Assembly (NCBI GenBank): GCA_008632985.1
Contig: QPGO01000289.1
Span: 1 to 64,000, forward strand
Source: Psammoneis japonica
Lineage: Eukaryota
DNA: 64,000 nt
Reading direction: 5' to 3'
Below, in pieces: positions 11,111 through 23,713 of this stretch. The first letter of the stretch is position 1. Each line of letters opens with the position of its first letter. The notes below the pieces were generated by a model. The model did no database searches, was not told where the DNA came from, and saw nothing but the letters and a program-made list of their open reading frames with translations. The translations under genes were made by a program, and so were the position numbers.

Positions 11111-14039
11111 CAATGAACTTGCTGAAGCAAATCAAACAGTGCTTTCCTGGATCTGCGGCCAAACAACGGATCCCGAGGCCATGGTATCGCTGCTTCTTGG
11201 ATTATGATGGTCTTGTGCTTTTTGGATGATGGTTTTTCGTTTTTCTTGGGTCAAAATTACAGCATTTATTTTCAAGGACATATAAATTTATATTCAAAAT
11301 TTTGGTAATTTGAAATTATGTTTATCTGTATTAATGTGCGTATACCCAATTACATGGATATTCAAAATGCGGAATGTATTGATACCTCTCAAAAATCGAG
11401 GGTGACGAGCGTTTGAATAAGTTGTGTATTCAACCAGGATTTTAATTTATCTTCCCTCAACGGTTGCAAGGAACGTGCAGGCAAGACAGAGTGCTGCTCG
11501 TCCGTCCCAGACCCCCTCTGCTCAAGACATCCCGTCTCAGCACAGCATGTGTGAACGGTGATGACAACCCATTTTGGCACTGTCCAGAGCTCTTGACTTG
11601 CTGCCACAAGGTGATCTGTGGTGGGTTTGCTCAAAGGGATGACAGGGTGCATGTTGTGGGTGACCACAGAAAATGTGCAGCTGGCGCAAACAGGAGGGAG
11701 TTGTCAAAAATGCGAAGTTCAGCCTGGCACCCCTGCATTGTTTGTGCGAGGCGAACACAAACCACATTGTGGCCACAGCCCAGCTGGCTGGACACAGACA
11801 AAGGCACCAGAACCAGAGGGCATGCCCAGGCTCTGCAGATGGGGGAACCCTCCTCCACCGAGCCAGCACTGCCCCCATGGGCAACAGCCAGATGAGAAAC
11901 AAAATTAGAGAGACGGGGCACACACTGCTGCCAACTTTCTTTGTTTGGTTGAGGAAGATGAGGGACCTGTGGATCCTCCCTTGGAGTGCCAGAGAGGGGG
12001 TGGGGGTTCTTGACTCACCCACCAGACTCCTCAAACTGTGAAAGGGATGCCAGCAGAACATTTTTCCAGAAAGAGCACCAGCAAACAAAATCTTGGCATC
12101 AGCCACTGTGTTTCATGATGGCACACAGGCTGGGAGAGTGGCACTTCAGACAAGGATGCCCAACTGCACCCGCACCTGCAGCAGGTGGCTCAGCTTGATG
12201 CAAGTCTTCCAGATCAAAAGTGGAGCCAGATGGCAAATGTCTTTGGACGGGTCGCTGAACAGAAGAGACACCTGGCTTGGCAAAAAGGCAGAGAAGTCAG
12301 GTTTGCTGAAATTGAGAAGTTGAAGGCAAGGATCAAAGAGCCAGGGCCTGGAAAGAAAGCAGGCAAGAGCAGATCACTGGCAGGAACAACAAAAGCCAGA
12401 AAAGCAAGTTGGCATGTCTTCACATGATTCCCAGCCAATGGGCACAAGAGCTGCGATGGCTTTTGGGGGGACATTGCCCCCATCTTCACCACCACAATTG
12501 CAGTGCCAACAACTCTTGGGCAAATCAGATCACCAAGGACAGGCAACTAAAATGGCCTCATCTTGGAGAACATTCTCCACCCAAAAGTTCACAAAGAGCA
12601 TCAGAGTTGACGATGTTGTTGCTGACTTTCTAACTTCTGGAGGGGAGCTCACGTTGCCTCTTCTCCAATCTCAATGAACCCATCTGACACAGGTGCTGTT
12701 GGCTTGCATGTGTTTTACACAGAAAGAAATGGTCAAGAGCTGCACAAAGAAGCTGTTGAAACATTTGAAGTTGATGGGATCACTTGTCTTTTTGTGTGCT
12801 TGATGTTTGGAGGAGTGGCATCATGTGTGGTGCATGCTCGCTCCAATTGGCAAGTTGTTGGTGGTTGATGGAAATTCCCTGAAAGAAGAAAAATCAAGCA
12901 AAGCTCACCTTGGGATCATTTTGTGACTAAACTGAATGAAAGAATCCAGGTTGAAGCAAGGTGCCTCAGAGCACGAGTGCAAAGATGATGACTCTCAAGC
13001 AACACCTGTCTTCCCAGCCTTTCTGAGGGCCAACCTGTGGTTGTCTGTCTCCAAAGCTCAGCATTGAGTTGATGCAATGTGGTGTCCCATCTCTGCCATT
13101 GTTTCAGAACATTGCAAGTGTGGTTGAATTTCTCCATTTTTCCAAAAACTGCGTGTCCTTTTTGGTTGGAAAGAACAAGGCAAACACAGTTGCTGCATGT
13201 CAGCAAACTTCATTGCCTCTTGAGGTGTTCAACACTTGAAAGGGGGAATGTTCTGTTGCATCTGCTGCTGGGCTGGGGCATCTTATGGCCAAAACACCAC
13301 CACAGGACAAACCAAGGCAGTTGCAATGAATGATCTTAAAGCCCATCACCCCTGGGTCACAGCAAATTGGCAAATTGGCTGGGAACCCTCAGGGATGCAG
13401 CAATCTGGACAGACCCCTCAGCTGACAAAAGTTTGGTTTCTTTGTCCTCACACTTGGGGTGCCCATCTGTTGTCCAGGTGGAAAATCATCTGCTTGCAAC
13501 CTGGGGCAATGCCAGGCCAAAAAAAAAACAACTCCAGATGAGCCAAGGCAACTGCAATGAATTCTCTCAAGGGGCAGACTTTGAAAGCATGCTTCTGGGT
13601 CACACAGTGAGTCAGCCAGAACTCTCAGCTGACGACCATTTGATTTGTTTGTTGCTCTTGGTCTGGGGCAATGTTGGGCCAAAAAAATGCCAGAGGATGA
13701 GCCAAGCCAACCACAACAAATGCTCTTAAATTCTGCCCCTGGGTCACAGTGAGTTGGTCCTCAGAATTCCCAGCTGATGACTTGTTGGGGTGTCCGCCAT
13801 TGTCCAGATGGAAAGATCAAGTCTGCCTCTGCTGTCAGGCTGGGGTGATGTCAAGCCAAAACAACACAAGACAACCCAAGCCAACTGCCACTCCACAATT
13901 GTGGCTGAAACCAACCCAACCAAGCTGTGATCAGCAGCTCAAGAAGTTTGTGCCTGTGGGCAAGTGGAGGAAACTGAGAGTGCAGACAATTTGTCAGAGG
14001 GAGCTTTTTCTGCTGCTGGCCAACACTTGTTCTTCAATG

Positions 14040-14880
14040 CTTTGGGATTGTGTCTGGGGACAGGAAGAGTGTGCTCAGAAGCTTGGGGTGCAAACCATTT
14101 TTTTGCATCAGTTGGAAGCAACTTTTTCCACTGGCTGACACCTGGCCATCACACAAGAACTCTGCACACACAGAGGCTGCCCTGCCACCACAACCTCAGT
14201 CAAGAAAAAACCAGCCCAATCTGTGCTCAGCCCTTTGAGACCATTCCTTGGGACATGGACAGTGAGCTCAGAAGACAAGACTGCAAAAACTTTGGCAGAA
14301 GTGACTTTTTCTGCTGGCTGACAGAGCCACTTCACCACCAGGGTTCTCTGCACACCCAGAGGCTGCTCTGCCAGCACAACCACATCCAACAAGAAACCCG
14401 CCCAAACTGTGCCCAAGCCTTTGAGATTGTGCACTGAGATGTGAAGATTGTGCTCAGAAGGTGAGAGTGCAAAAGGTTTGGCAAAAGTGACTTTTTCTGG
14501 TGGCCAAAACCTTGGTGCCACCAGGTTTCTCCACAGGCTTCCCAGACTTTGCTCTGGTGCCAACACAGCTGCAGAGTCAAGCAAACCACCCAAACTGTGC
14601 TCAACACATTGAGGTTGTGTCTTTGGACATGAAGAGTGTGCTCAAAAGAAAAAGCTGCAAACACTTTGTCACAAGTGACTTTTCTGCTGGCTGACACCTG
14701 GCCAACATGCAGCTCTGCACTCACAGAGCTGCTCTGCCACCACAACCAGGCAAATTGCTTTGCACACTTCCCAGAGGAGGCTGCTTTGCCACCACAACTG
14801 CAGTTGAGCAAGCCACCTGAACTGTGCTCAGCCCTTTGAGATGTTGGTCCTTTGGACACAAACAGTGTTCTTGAGTGAGG
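14040..14880. repeat. Degenerate tandem repeat family A, ~185 bp unit, 4-5 copies
   Basis: Recurrent ctgtgctcagccctttgaga / gtgtgctcagaag / aagtgactttttctgctggctgaca. Confidence 0.7.
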
Positions 14881-14904
14881 AAGAGGAGGAGGCACCTGCA
14901 CCAG

Positions 14905-15860
14905 ATCCCAGACTGGGGTGATGTTTGGCCAAAACAACAACACAAGATGAGCCAAGCCAAGTGCCACTTTTGAAGTCAACTCCTGGGTCACATTGAGTTG
15001 GCTGGAGCACTTTGCTGGCAACTGTTTGGTGTGTTTGTCATGCTTGAGGTGACCATTCATTGTCCAGACACAGAAAACAAGTCTGTCTGCAGACTGCTGG
15101 GGGGTGATGTTTTGGCCAAAACCACAAGACAAGATGAGCCAAGCCAACTGCAACTCTTGAAGTCCACCAATGGGTCACATTGAGTTTTCTGGAGCCCTCT
15201 GCAAGCAACTGACTGCTGTCCAGTTTGTTTGCCATGCTTGAGGCATCTGTCCATTGTCCAGACAGGAAATGAGTCTGTCTGAAGACTGCTGGGGTGATGT
15301 TGGGCCAACACTGCAACACAAGATGAGCCAAGCCAACCACCTTTCTAGAAGTCCACCCCTGGCTCACATTGAGTTGTCTGGAGACCTTTGCAGGCAACTG
15401 CTGTTTGGTTCATTTGCCATGCTTGAGGCATCTGTCCATTGTCCAGACAGAAAATGAGTCTGTCTGCAGACTGCTGGGGTCTGGGGTGATGTTGGGCCAA
15501 CACAAGATGAGCCAAGCCAGCTGCCACTCTTGAAGTCCACCCCTGTGTCACACTGAGTTGTCTGAAGCCCTCCACAAGCAACTGACTGCTGTTTGGTTTG
15601 TTTGCCATGCTTGAGGCATCTGTCCATTGTCCAGACAGAAAATGAGTCTGTCTGCAGACTGCTGGGGTCTGGGGTGATGTTGGGCCAACACTGCAACACA
15701 AGATGAGCCAAGCCAACTGCCACTCTTGAAGTCCACCCCTGGGTCACATTGAGTTGTCTGGAGCCCTCTACAAGCAACTGCTGTTTGGTTCATTTGCCAT
15801 GCTTGAGGCACCCATCCATTGTCCAGCAGACAAAAAATGAGTCTGTCTGCTGCCAGCTTT
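14905..15860. repeat. Tandem repeat family B, ~187 bp unit, 5 copies, with weaker relatives at ~13490-13900 and ~15860-16170
   Basis: ggggtgatgttgggccaaca...caagatgagccaagccaa...gaagtccacccctgggtcacattgagtt...catgcttgaggcatctgtccattgtccagacag; units start at ~14912, 15098, 15288, 15481 and 15669. Confidence 0.9.
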
Positions 15861-16184
15861 GGGCAAGATTTTGACCCAAACAACGACAGATGAACCTTTC
15901 TGGCCACAATGAATGCTCTTAAAAACCACCTCAGGGACACAGTGAGCAGGCCAGAATCCTTGGTTGACAACTGCACAGTCAGTTTGTTGCACTGAGGCAT
16001 CCATCCATTGTCCAAATGAAGTGATCAAGTCTGTCTTGTGCTGGTCTTGGGCAATGTTGGGCCAAAACAACACCAGATGAACCAAGCCAACCACATTGAA
16101 AGCTCTTAAAATCCACCCAAGGAGCACAGCAAAATGGCCAGAGCTCTCAGCTGACAACTTTTTTGTGACACAATTGGGGTGCTC

Positions 16185-16925
16185 ATCCAGTCTCACCCTT
16201 GGAGTGGTGTGGAGTAACATGGGGGCAACAACTGCACCAGAACAGCCTTGCAAAACTCAGCCACAGTTCTCAAAGTGTTGCACGGGGGTCTGCCAAAGAC
16301 CCCCATGCCCTCTGGCTGCAGTTGTTGGGTTCTTGGTTGGTGCATTCATGGCATCCTTCCACTGCAGAGTTGGGGTTTCAAGTCTCACCCTTGGCATGGT
16401 GTGAAGTGACATGGCTGGGGTCACAGCTGAGCCAGGGTGCTGGCCTTGCAACTCTCAAAATCACAGCTCTCAAAGCATCCCCTGGGGTCCACCAAAGACC
16501 CTCAATGCCCTCTGACTGCAGTTGTTGGATTGTTTGGTGCACTCATGGTGTCCTTTCACTGTGGACTTGGGATTTCAGGTCTCGCCCTTGGTGTGGTGTG
16601 GGCTGAAGCAACATGGGGCCACAGCTGAGCCAGGGTGGCCTTGCAACTCTCAACCACAGTTCTCAAAGCATTGCCTGGGGTCCACCAAAGGCACCCAGTG
16701 CCCTCTGGCTGCAGTTGTTGGGTTGGTTGGTGCATTCATCGCATTCTTTCACTGTGGAGTTGGGATTTCAAGTCTCACCCCCGTTGTGGTGTAAAGTGAC
16801 TGGGGCAACAACTGTGCCAGAGTGGCCTTGAAAGCATCAACCACAGTTCTTAAAGCCTGCTTGGGGTCCACCAAAGACCCCCAATGTGCTCTGGCTGCAG
16901 TTGTTGGGTTGGTTGGTGCCATCAA
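16185..16925. repeat. Tandem repeat family C, ~190-198 bp unit, 4 copies
   Basis: agtctcacccttgg...ccacagttctcaaag...ggggtccaccaaagacc...ctctggctgcagttgttggg; units at ~16189, 16381, 16579 and 16771. Confidence 0.85.
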
Positions 16926-17206
16926 TCTATGTGGAGTGACAGCCGCAGCGGCCATGACTTTCTCCGCCCACTCTCATCAACAGACACACTTCACAGCAAA
17001 TTCCGCAGCAAATGGCGGCTCCTCTCTGTGGCAGCAAACAATGGAAACCATTCTGTGGCAGTCATCTAGAGCAAATGCACAGAACTTTGTCAGTCATTTA
17101 GATTTAATGATTTGACACATTTGATGCACTGGCACTCCTGGAAAACTCAACACGACCCCCACAACAAAACAACCCCGATCCGCACCCTTCTCTGTGACCC
17201 TCTGCA

Positions 17207-17473
17207 TTGTCATTCAAGCATGACACAGCCTTGATGTTTCCTGCACTCTGTCAAATTTGCATTCTGGGGTGTCTGAAAGAGAGTGTCTGGACCAACTCTC
17301 AACAACAAAAACTGAATCTAGACGAGAACACTCACCTGCGTCAGAGTGGGAATGACGCGAGACACCCTCCCAGCAAGTGATGTGTTGTCATTCAAGCATG
17401 ACACACCCTTGATGTTTCCTTCACTCGCTGTCAAATTCGCTTTCTAGGGTGTAAAAAAGAGAGTGTCAGAGCT
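17207..17473. repeat. Direct repeat of ~85 bp, two copies ~180 bp apart, resembling an intron 3' end plus exon start
   Basis: tgtcattcaagcatgacaca-ccttgatgtttcct...tgtcaaatt...ttct(g/a)gggtgt...aaagagagtgtc at ~17207 and ~17386. Confidence 0.8.
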
Positions 17474-18014
17474 GACCAAGATGGAGGAAGAGGGAGGCGA
17501 GGGCGAAGGCGAAACAGAACAAGTTGAGGTCGAGTTTGATGAAGATGAAGCAGACGATTGCAACGGCAGTGACGACAATGGTTCAGACACTTGCAAAGAA
17601 AGAATCCGCCACAAGCCCTGTCACCTGTCCAAGGATGAGGATGAAGCTCGAGCTTCTCTTCGGAAACACAAGCCGCTGTCTGTTTCATGTCTTCGTAACG
17701 GCAAGCATGGGATTCCTGTAAAAGGAGAAAGGCACATTGAGATTGAACATGTGCAAGATGAGGGAGAGGAAATTTTCGGGGCAACGTGCTTTGGGTGGAC
17801 GGAGTGCACTGCGGCGGTGGTCCATGACAATGCATGCGGCGACTTCACGGCAGAAGACATTCTCCACGAGTGCCTCTTCTTGCCGCGGCTAAAAAAGCGC
17901 ATCACAAGTCCAGATGATGAATCACCAAGAGATTGCTGTGTTGCAACCTCGGAGTGGAGGGAGATGGACTGCACAGGGGAAATTGTAAAGCCAAAAGCAC
18001 ACGACGCGTGTTAG
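17447..18014 (+). pseudogene. Mutated coding remnant, possibly the C-terminus of a Plavaka/CACTA-type transposase
   Basis: Acidic tract followed by GATCFGW, HECLFLPRL and DCCVATSEWREM, which reads as YY..TSEW.E once Tyr is restored. Assignment is from memory of diatom transposon proteins. Confidence 0.35.
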
Positions 18015-20531
18015 AAAACACATGAGAACTGGCAAAACAAATGACGTGCAACAGTTTGGCACGCACCGTGCACATTTTGCGTCCCAGAGGAACCGAGTTC
18101 ATCGTCGACAACTGAAAGGGATCCAACGAGCAAAGGGCAATGGTGCAGGCACGTCACTGGGTGTGCTGTTGATGAGGAAAAAGACGGTGCCACACTAGAT
18201 TCGCCGGTTGGATGTTGGCTTGGCACGCATCAGAGGGATGGCACTAGAAGGTTCGTCAGCGGGGCCTCCGTGCAGAGCTTCGCTCGGTGCACCGCCCAAA
18301 TCAGATGACGGACAAATGCTGTGGGACAAGCTGACGAAGGCACAGCAGTCCTCTGGGCGACAGACCAAAAGTTGGGAGAGCCAGAAGGTGAGGTAGACAC
18401 ATGGCATCAATCGTCACGTTGCGCGACACTGCTGCCGCGGATGGGGACAAGGACGGAGCGACACTGCACTCGCATCGGCTGACGCAAATCATTGGACCGA
18501 TGGACCGATGTAGCTCCCACTGATGAAAAAAAGAATGGCATGACCACGGTCTTTCTTGGATGCATTGGTGGTGGGGAGACACCAGTCACTGTGTCCGCCG
18601 CACACATGACAGAACGCAGAAGCACGGAGCCCCGCGGGTGTGTGCACCATTGCAGATCCTTGCCATGAGAGAAGGGGACCACCACAATGCGCAAAAAACA
18701 AAAGCTCAGGAGATGGCTTTCTTGGGAACTTGGGTGGAACAGGGCCAACAAACACCACAATGCTTGCCTCGCTGCGGAATGAAGCATGTGGGCGCGCTGT
18801 GTGAAGACATGGAGAGAACACGACGGGGCTGGCAAGTGCACAAAATGTGAGAGCAGAGCACGATCCGCCTCAAAACATTCACTCACCATCCACAAAGAAG
18901 ACGACAAAAACAGGTGTTCTATGCTCTATCATTGAAGGCTAGGGAGTCGGCCACATCCATGCCGCTGTGCATGTTCTCGCCATCGCTGCGCACGGCATGA
19001 TGGTGCACAACAACTCGCCCTCATCGAAGATGCATTGACGGCCAAAGAAATAAAAAATGCTTGCAGAGCCAACGCTTTGTCATTCTATCATTGTTTGTAT
19101 CAAACGGAACACAGCAACGAAAGAGATAAAGAATGAGGCTGCGGCTTTTATCATCATGGTGCAAGCATGGGTGCGCAATAATTAATTAATGACCGTTGAT
19201 GAAAACGGACGATGCAAGGCATCCAGAAATAATTCCGGTAAAAAAGGTCGTTTTCTGGAATATCCCAGTAATTAGGTCATTATTTTACCCAAAATGCCTC
19301 ATCCAGTAATTAATCCGTTAAAAAATTCCAATCCAGTATATTGTTCCAGAAAAAACGCAAATTACTGGGAAAAATAAACGGATTACTGGATTTCTCGCGT
19401 GCATGTTGAAGTAATTTGGTGTGGTGACACAGATGAGACATTGTAGTAGTGTTGAAGTATCTCTAGTATGAATATTACGTAGAAATCTACGCAATTCAGG
19501 AGTTTCCCTCCGACACCACACAAAAAATCGACCATGAGAGCTGCAAGAGCCGGTAGTCGAAATTGTCGCCGTCACTTGTGATACTGCTGTGACAACAAAG
19601 CACGCATTAAAACTCTCTCTGATGAATGAATATACGAAAAGAGATGTATGAAAAACGTGAAAAATGGATAAGAAATGCTTGGTACTTTTTCCATTTTTTG
19701 AACTCGTCTCTCACCGCTCTTGCGTTGCAATTTCTGTTCGTTCTTGACAGATTGAAGAGCCCTCCTTTAAGCATTGATCATTCATGGCGTCTCTCATGCT
19801 GATGCTTTGTATTGTTGCCTTTTTGGCTTCAGCCGAGTGTTCACCCTTCGTTGACGAGGCTTTAGAAGTTGTTGGAGTGGTGGCTTTTCAGGGTTCATTG
19901 GAATTGCTGAGTGCGGCGGTACCACAAGCGCTGTTGACCGGGATATGATGGAATGGATGTCAGATGTTGGTTGTGGGTGTGGTTTGTTTTGGCTGGTAAT
20001 CTACAATCTACCACTTTTGGAAAAGTCCGTGTATAAGCGGCAGACGAGGTTGCCCTCGTCTTTAAATAACACGGGCCACTGCCGAGGCTGCCGACTGCAG
20101 CTGCGCCTCGGTAATTTTTTTCTGCAATAATGTTCATGTGGCCTGGGATGCCGGTGCCCCCCACCTCTGAATATTGAGACGGCCAACGAGAGCCAAGGGG
20201 TTGCTCCCCGGTGAGGCGTTGACTGGCACTTCCAAGGACGGGAGTGCCTTCAACCGCCGCAGACCCGAATCTCCGTTGCGATAGGGTTCACCTGCCCTCG
20301 AAAGGTGGTGGTTTGGTGTGTCATTGTGACAAAGTATGTGGAGGATACAACAGCCAATAGTAATAGAAGTGTGGTAGGAAATAAATAAAATAGTGAATTC
20401 AAAACTCATGAAAACTCAAGCTCTATTTCGAAATCACTGCTATGCATCGCGAGTCTAGATCGCTTCTAGCTATCTCACGAGAATGTCAACAAAAGTAGTA
20501 ATACATAAAATATACCTAGTAATGATAATAT

Positions 20532-23500
20532 CTACCTTGTTGACTGCTGTCTCTTTGGGCAATCCTTAGAATGCGCTGGTCGACCTCTTGGTCGGCACCC
20601 CGTCACACTGTAGCTTTGCTGCAGCTTGTATTGTAAGAAGACAGGACAACAGTAATGATCAATGTCCTGCTTCCTTTGATCCCGTATCGGATCATTAAGA
20701 ATTGAAAGAGCCGGTTGCACTTGATATGGAACAGATGGGAGGGCTGCACTCATGCTCGATGCAAAAGCAAGCTGCTGTGCTAGGGTGCTTCTCATGGCTT
20801 GCAGCATGTTGAACTGCTTCTCGACTTGAACATGAGCCGCATTTAGCAATGGAGTGTCATCCATACACACAGGTTCAACCGTCACCTCGGGAGCCATCGC
20901 AATTTCCACAACACCACTTGTAGGTTCAACGGTTGGCGCCGCTGCAGTTTCCTCGTCTTCACGGTTTCCAGCTTCTGATCTTGTTTTTCGCTTGTATGGA
21001 TTTACGACCGGTTTTGTCCCACAGAGATTGCACATACATCGATCTGTCTCGGGGTGTGGAGCAATTGTTTCATTTCTGGCATTCTGCTCCCGCAGGTACT
21101 TGGACAGAAAACGCTCGCCGGTGTCCGCCTCGAGTTCCCTTACATCTGGACAGGGCGCTTTCTTCCCCATCTTTGTTGCTAGCTTGTTGATTTCGATTAG
21201 ATTGAGCACGTTCCGATGAGTAACCACACCCCGAAAATCGTATGGAATCTTTGCTCGAGTCTCTGGATTCATTCGTTCAACGCGTTCCTTTTCTTCAATT
21301 GTAGCGTTGTAGAGAACCAAACCTTCCAGATTGATCAAATCCATCAATGAATCTCGCATCCCACAGTTTCCATAATGAGCCAGCGAATCATGAGCCTTTT
21401 CCAACTTTGACTCCGGCCCGAGTAATGTCCGCCACTTCACCAGCTTTGCTCTTGAACGGAGCGATGGAGCCACTGGCCAGTACTGCTCTGACTTTGGCAC
21501 TGGAACGTCCAATCCCTTGGATGTTTCTCTTCCATTTGCCACGGCATCCTTTGTATCACTTGTAAAGAGTGTCAAACCACTGTTTGGATCAAGACGTCCC
21601 CCAGCAGGTCGCGATCCATCAGAAGCCGTACACTTATATCGGGCGTGCCAATCGTCAAGCAAGCTGATTCTCTTTTCCAGCGGATGCCTCCAAATGCGCA
21701 TGTATTCTGAGTAGTGCTTCCACCTGGAAGAATGGATGATCTCATCTATTTCTGCATCCGTGTGCTTTTTGCCATTGAGAGTTCCATCCTTGAGGGCTTG
21801 TATTACTGCTTGGCGGTCCGACCACTCGGTGTATGAAACTGTAGCTCGAAGGTCCCGAACTGCTTGATGATAGTCGACGTGGTCTTTTCGAAGTGTCTGT
21901 ACAATACGGTGCATCCAGTGAAAGAGACCCAAACGGCATACTATGTAACCTCCAAATAACACCTTCCATAACGATGACTTATTCGGCCAAGTGTCGCTGT
22001 AATGGATTTTTGGACGCACGTTCTTTCGCCTCGCGAACTGCTCGGCTGCGTGAGCAAAATCTTTTGCTTCCAACGTCGGTGTCAGACAAGCAACTCCAAC
22101 CTGTCCCTTTTCGTTGCACATAGTAAATAGTCCTGCCGCCGCTCCACCACCTTTCTTTGTATAATTCTTGAGAATTTGAAAAGTGTGGTCAGAAGCCACG
22201 CTCATTGACGCTCCCACCATCTGGATCAATCTTGTACATCTGGAGTATGATGACGTATCAAGAGCTGTCAATTCCGATGCGCCAGATTCATCATAAAGAT
22301 CAAGAATCGCAGAACCTGATGGACTGTAGCTGCCAATCCACTGGTAGAAAGATATCCAGTCACCTGATTCATCGTTGGCTCGTTGATAATACTCTTTCTG
22401 GAGATCCTCGAAATAGGCAGCTCGCATCTGGTGTAGCGTGTGAGAAAACTTATCGCCGTTTGCGTACGTGACAAGAAAGGATTCAAATAGCCTTGTGGTT
22501 TCCCTTGTAAGGTGCCATTTGTTGGTTGCGCTGGCATACTTTGGCTCGGTTGGATACGATGATTGAAGGCTTTTTGGTAACTTGTGTAGCAGTCGACCGT
22601 CGTTGCCCTTGCATCGCGTCTTGCATTTGTTGCACTCATACCACATTGACACTGCCACATGAGCCTTACCGCTGATGCAATATATTGGCGTCGCCCCACC
22701 GTATCGAGTAAAGTCCATGCGGTCATGAATCATCTCCCCGTCACACTCGAAATGTAGATGTTAGGACAATTCAGCTCCCAACAAACGATGTATATTATCA
22801 CACCCTGCAGCTGGTGGTAGTAATAATCAGGCGGTGAAGTGCAGTCATCCTTGGGAACTTGAAACGATGTTGTACCAGGCGGAAAGGTACCATCCTTGAC
22901 CTCCAGAATCTCTTTGAGCTCAGTGCTTTTTGCTGTAGCAACAGGATACGTGTTGCTGCCCTGATCAAATCTGGGCTTGACAGAATCCAACAGATAACTG
23001 ATAAGAGCACTCACTGCAGCCGGGCACTTTGTCTTCTCCTCCGAGTTCTCATACTTTTTCACTCGTGCTCGAATCTCTTTTTTCAACGTCTCAACCGAGA
23101 ATTTTGTATTCCTTGCGGCATCAAAAAGATTCGGGTTGCTTGCGACGGTAGAACTGGACGCTCCCAGATTCACGGGCTTGCAAAAGTTTGAATCACATGG
23201 AGGAGGCAATGGAGTTCGACTGTTTGATTCTTTAATTTCAAAATGGTCTTCCATGGTAGAAACTCCTTTCTGTGGGGCGGCTGGGATCGTATTGTTCTTT
23301 TCATGGAGCTCTTTTTCCCGTCGCTCTGCATCTTTCGTAGCCGCGGTGACATTGACTTGCATGTATCGTTTCGAAAACTTGCACGTGGGATCGTGACCAT
23401 GATGGCATGCAGGCCCATTCTCACACCTCTTGCATTTCTTTGTTCCGTCGTCTACTCTTGGCACCTTGCGCCCACTTAAATCGCTCTGTTGCGTGCGCTT

Positions 23501-23713
23501 CTTACGTGTCTGCGCTTGACTTTTGCTCGTTTTAATGGAGCCTTTGCGCTTCTGGGATTGAATGCCCATGTTGATAAAGAAAGGATGCAGCTGCTGCTGT
23601 GTAGCCACTTTTGGTGGAGCTGATTCTTCTTCAACGTCGGTCATCATCGAAGCACCAGTAGAGATTGTACTTTTCTCTCTCGTGGGTTTTTTTTGTGAGA
23701 GAATTTTTCTCAT
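20532..23713 (-). mobile_element. Transposase-like gene (DUF6729 / Mutator-KDZ-like), split by one frameshift near 22750; normal TpA content
   Basis: ORFs of 327 and 733 aa abut in different frames. Motifs YECNKCK..C, SDHTF, HYSDTWP, RLGLFHWMHRI and SKLEKAH; Cys/His clusters at both ends. Confidence 0.7.

Larger units (their letters stand above)
11460..19050. other. TpA-depleted (hypermutated) island 2
   Basis: Abrupt switch from AT/TA-rich 11280-11450 to nearly TpA-free sequence. CpG is also rare up to ~17100 but is retained at 17400-19050. Confidence 0.9.
9724..19401. mobile_element. Putative ~9.7 kb DNA transposon with CAC...GTG imperfect terminal inverted repeats and ATTACTGG subterminal motifs (CACTA/CMC-like layout)
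   Basis: Left end CACGCGAAAGTTCCAGTAAATC (9724) versus reverse complement of right end CACGCGAGAAATCCAGTAATC (19401). Repeated attactgg/ccagtaat motifs at 9730-9950 and 19220-19390. Confidence 0.5.

Noticed and set aside
14905..16925. CRISPR-like array
   Set aside because: Whole units are repeated with no unique spacers; eukaryotic context and no cas genes.
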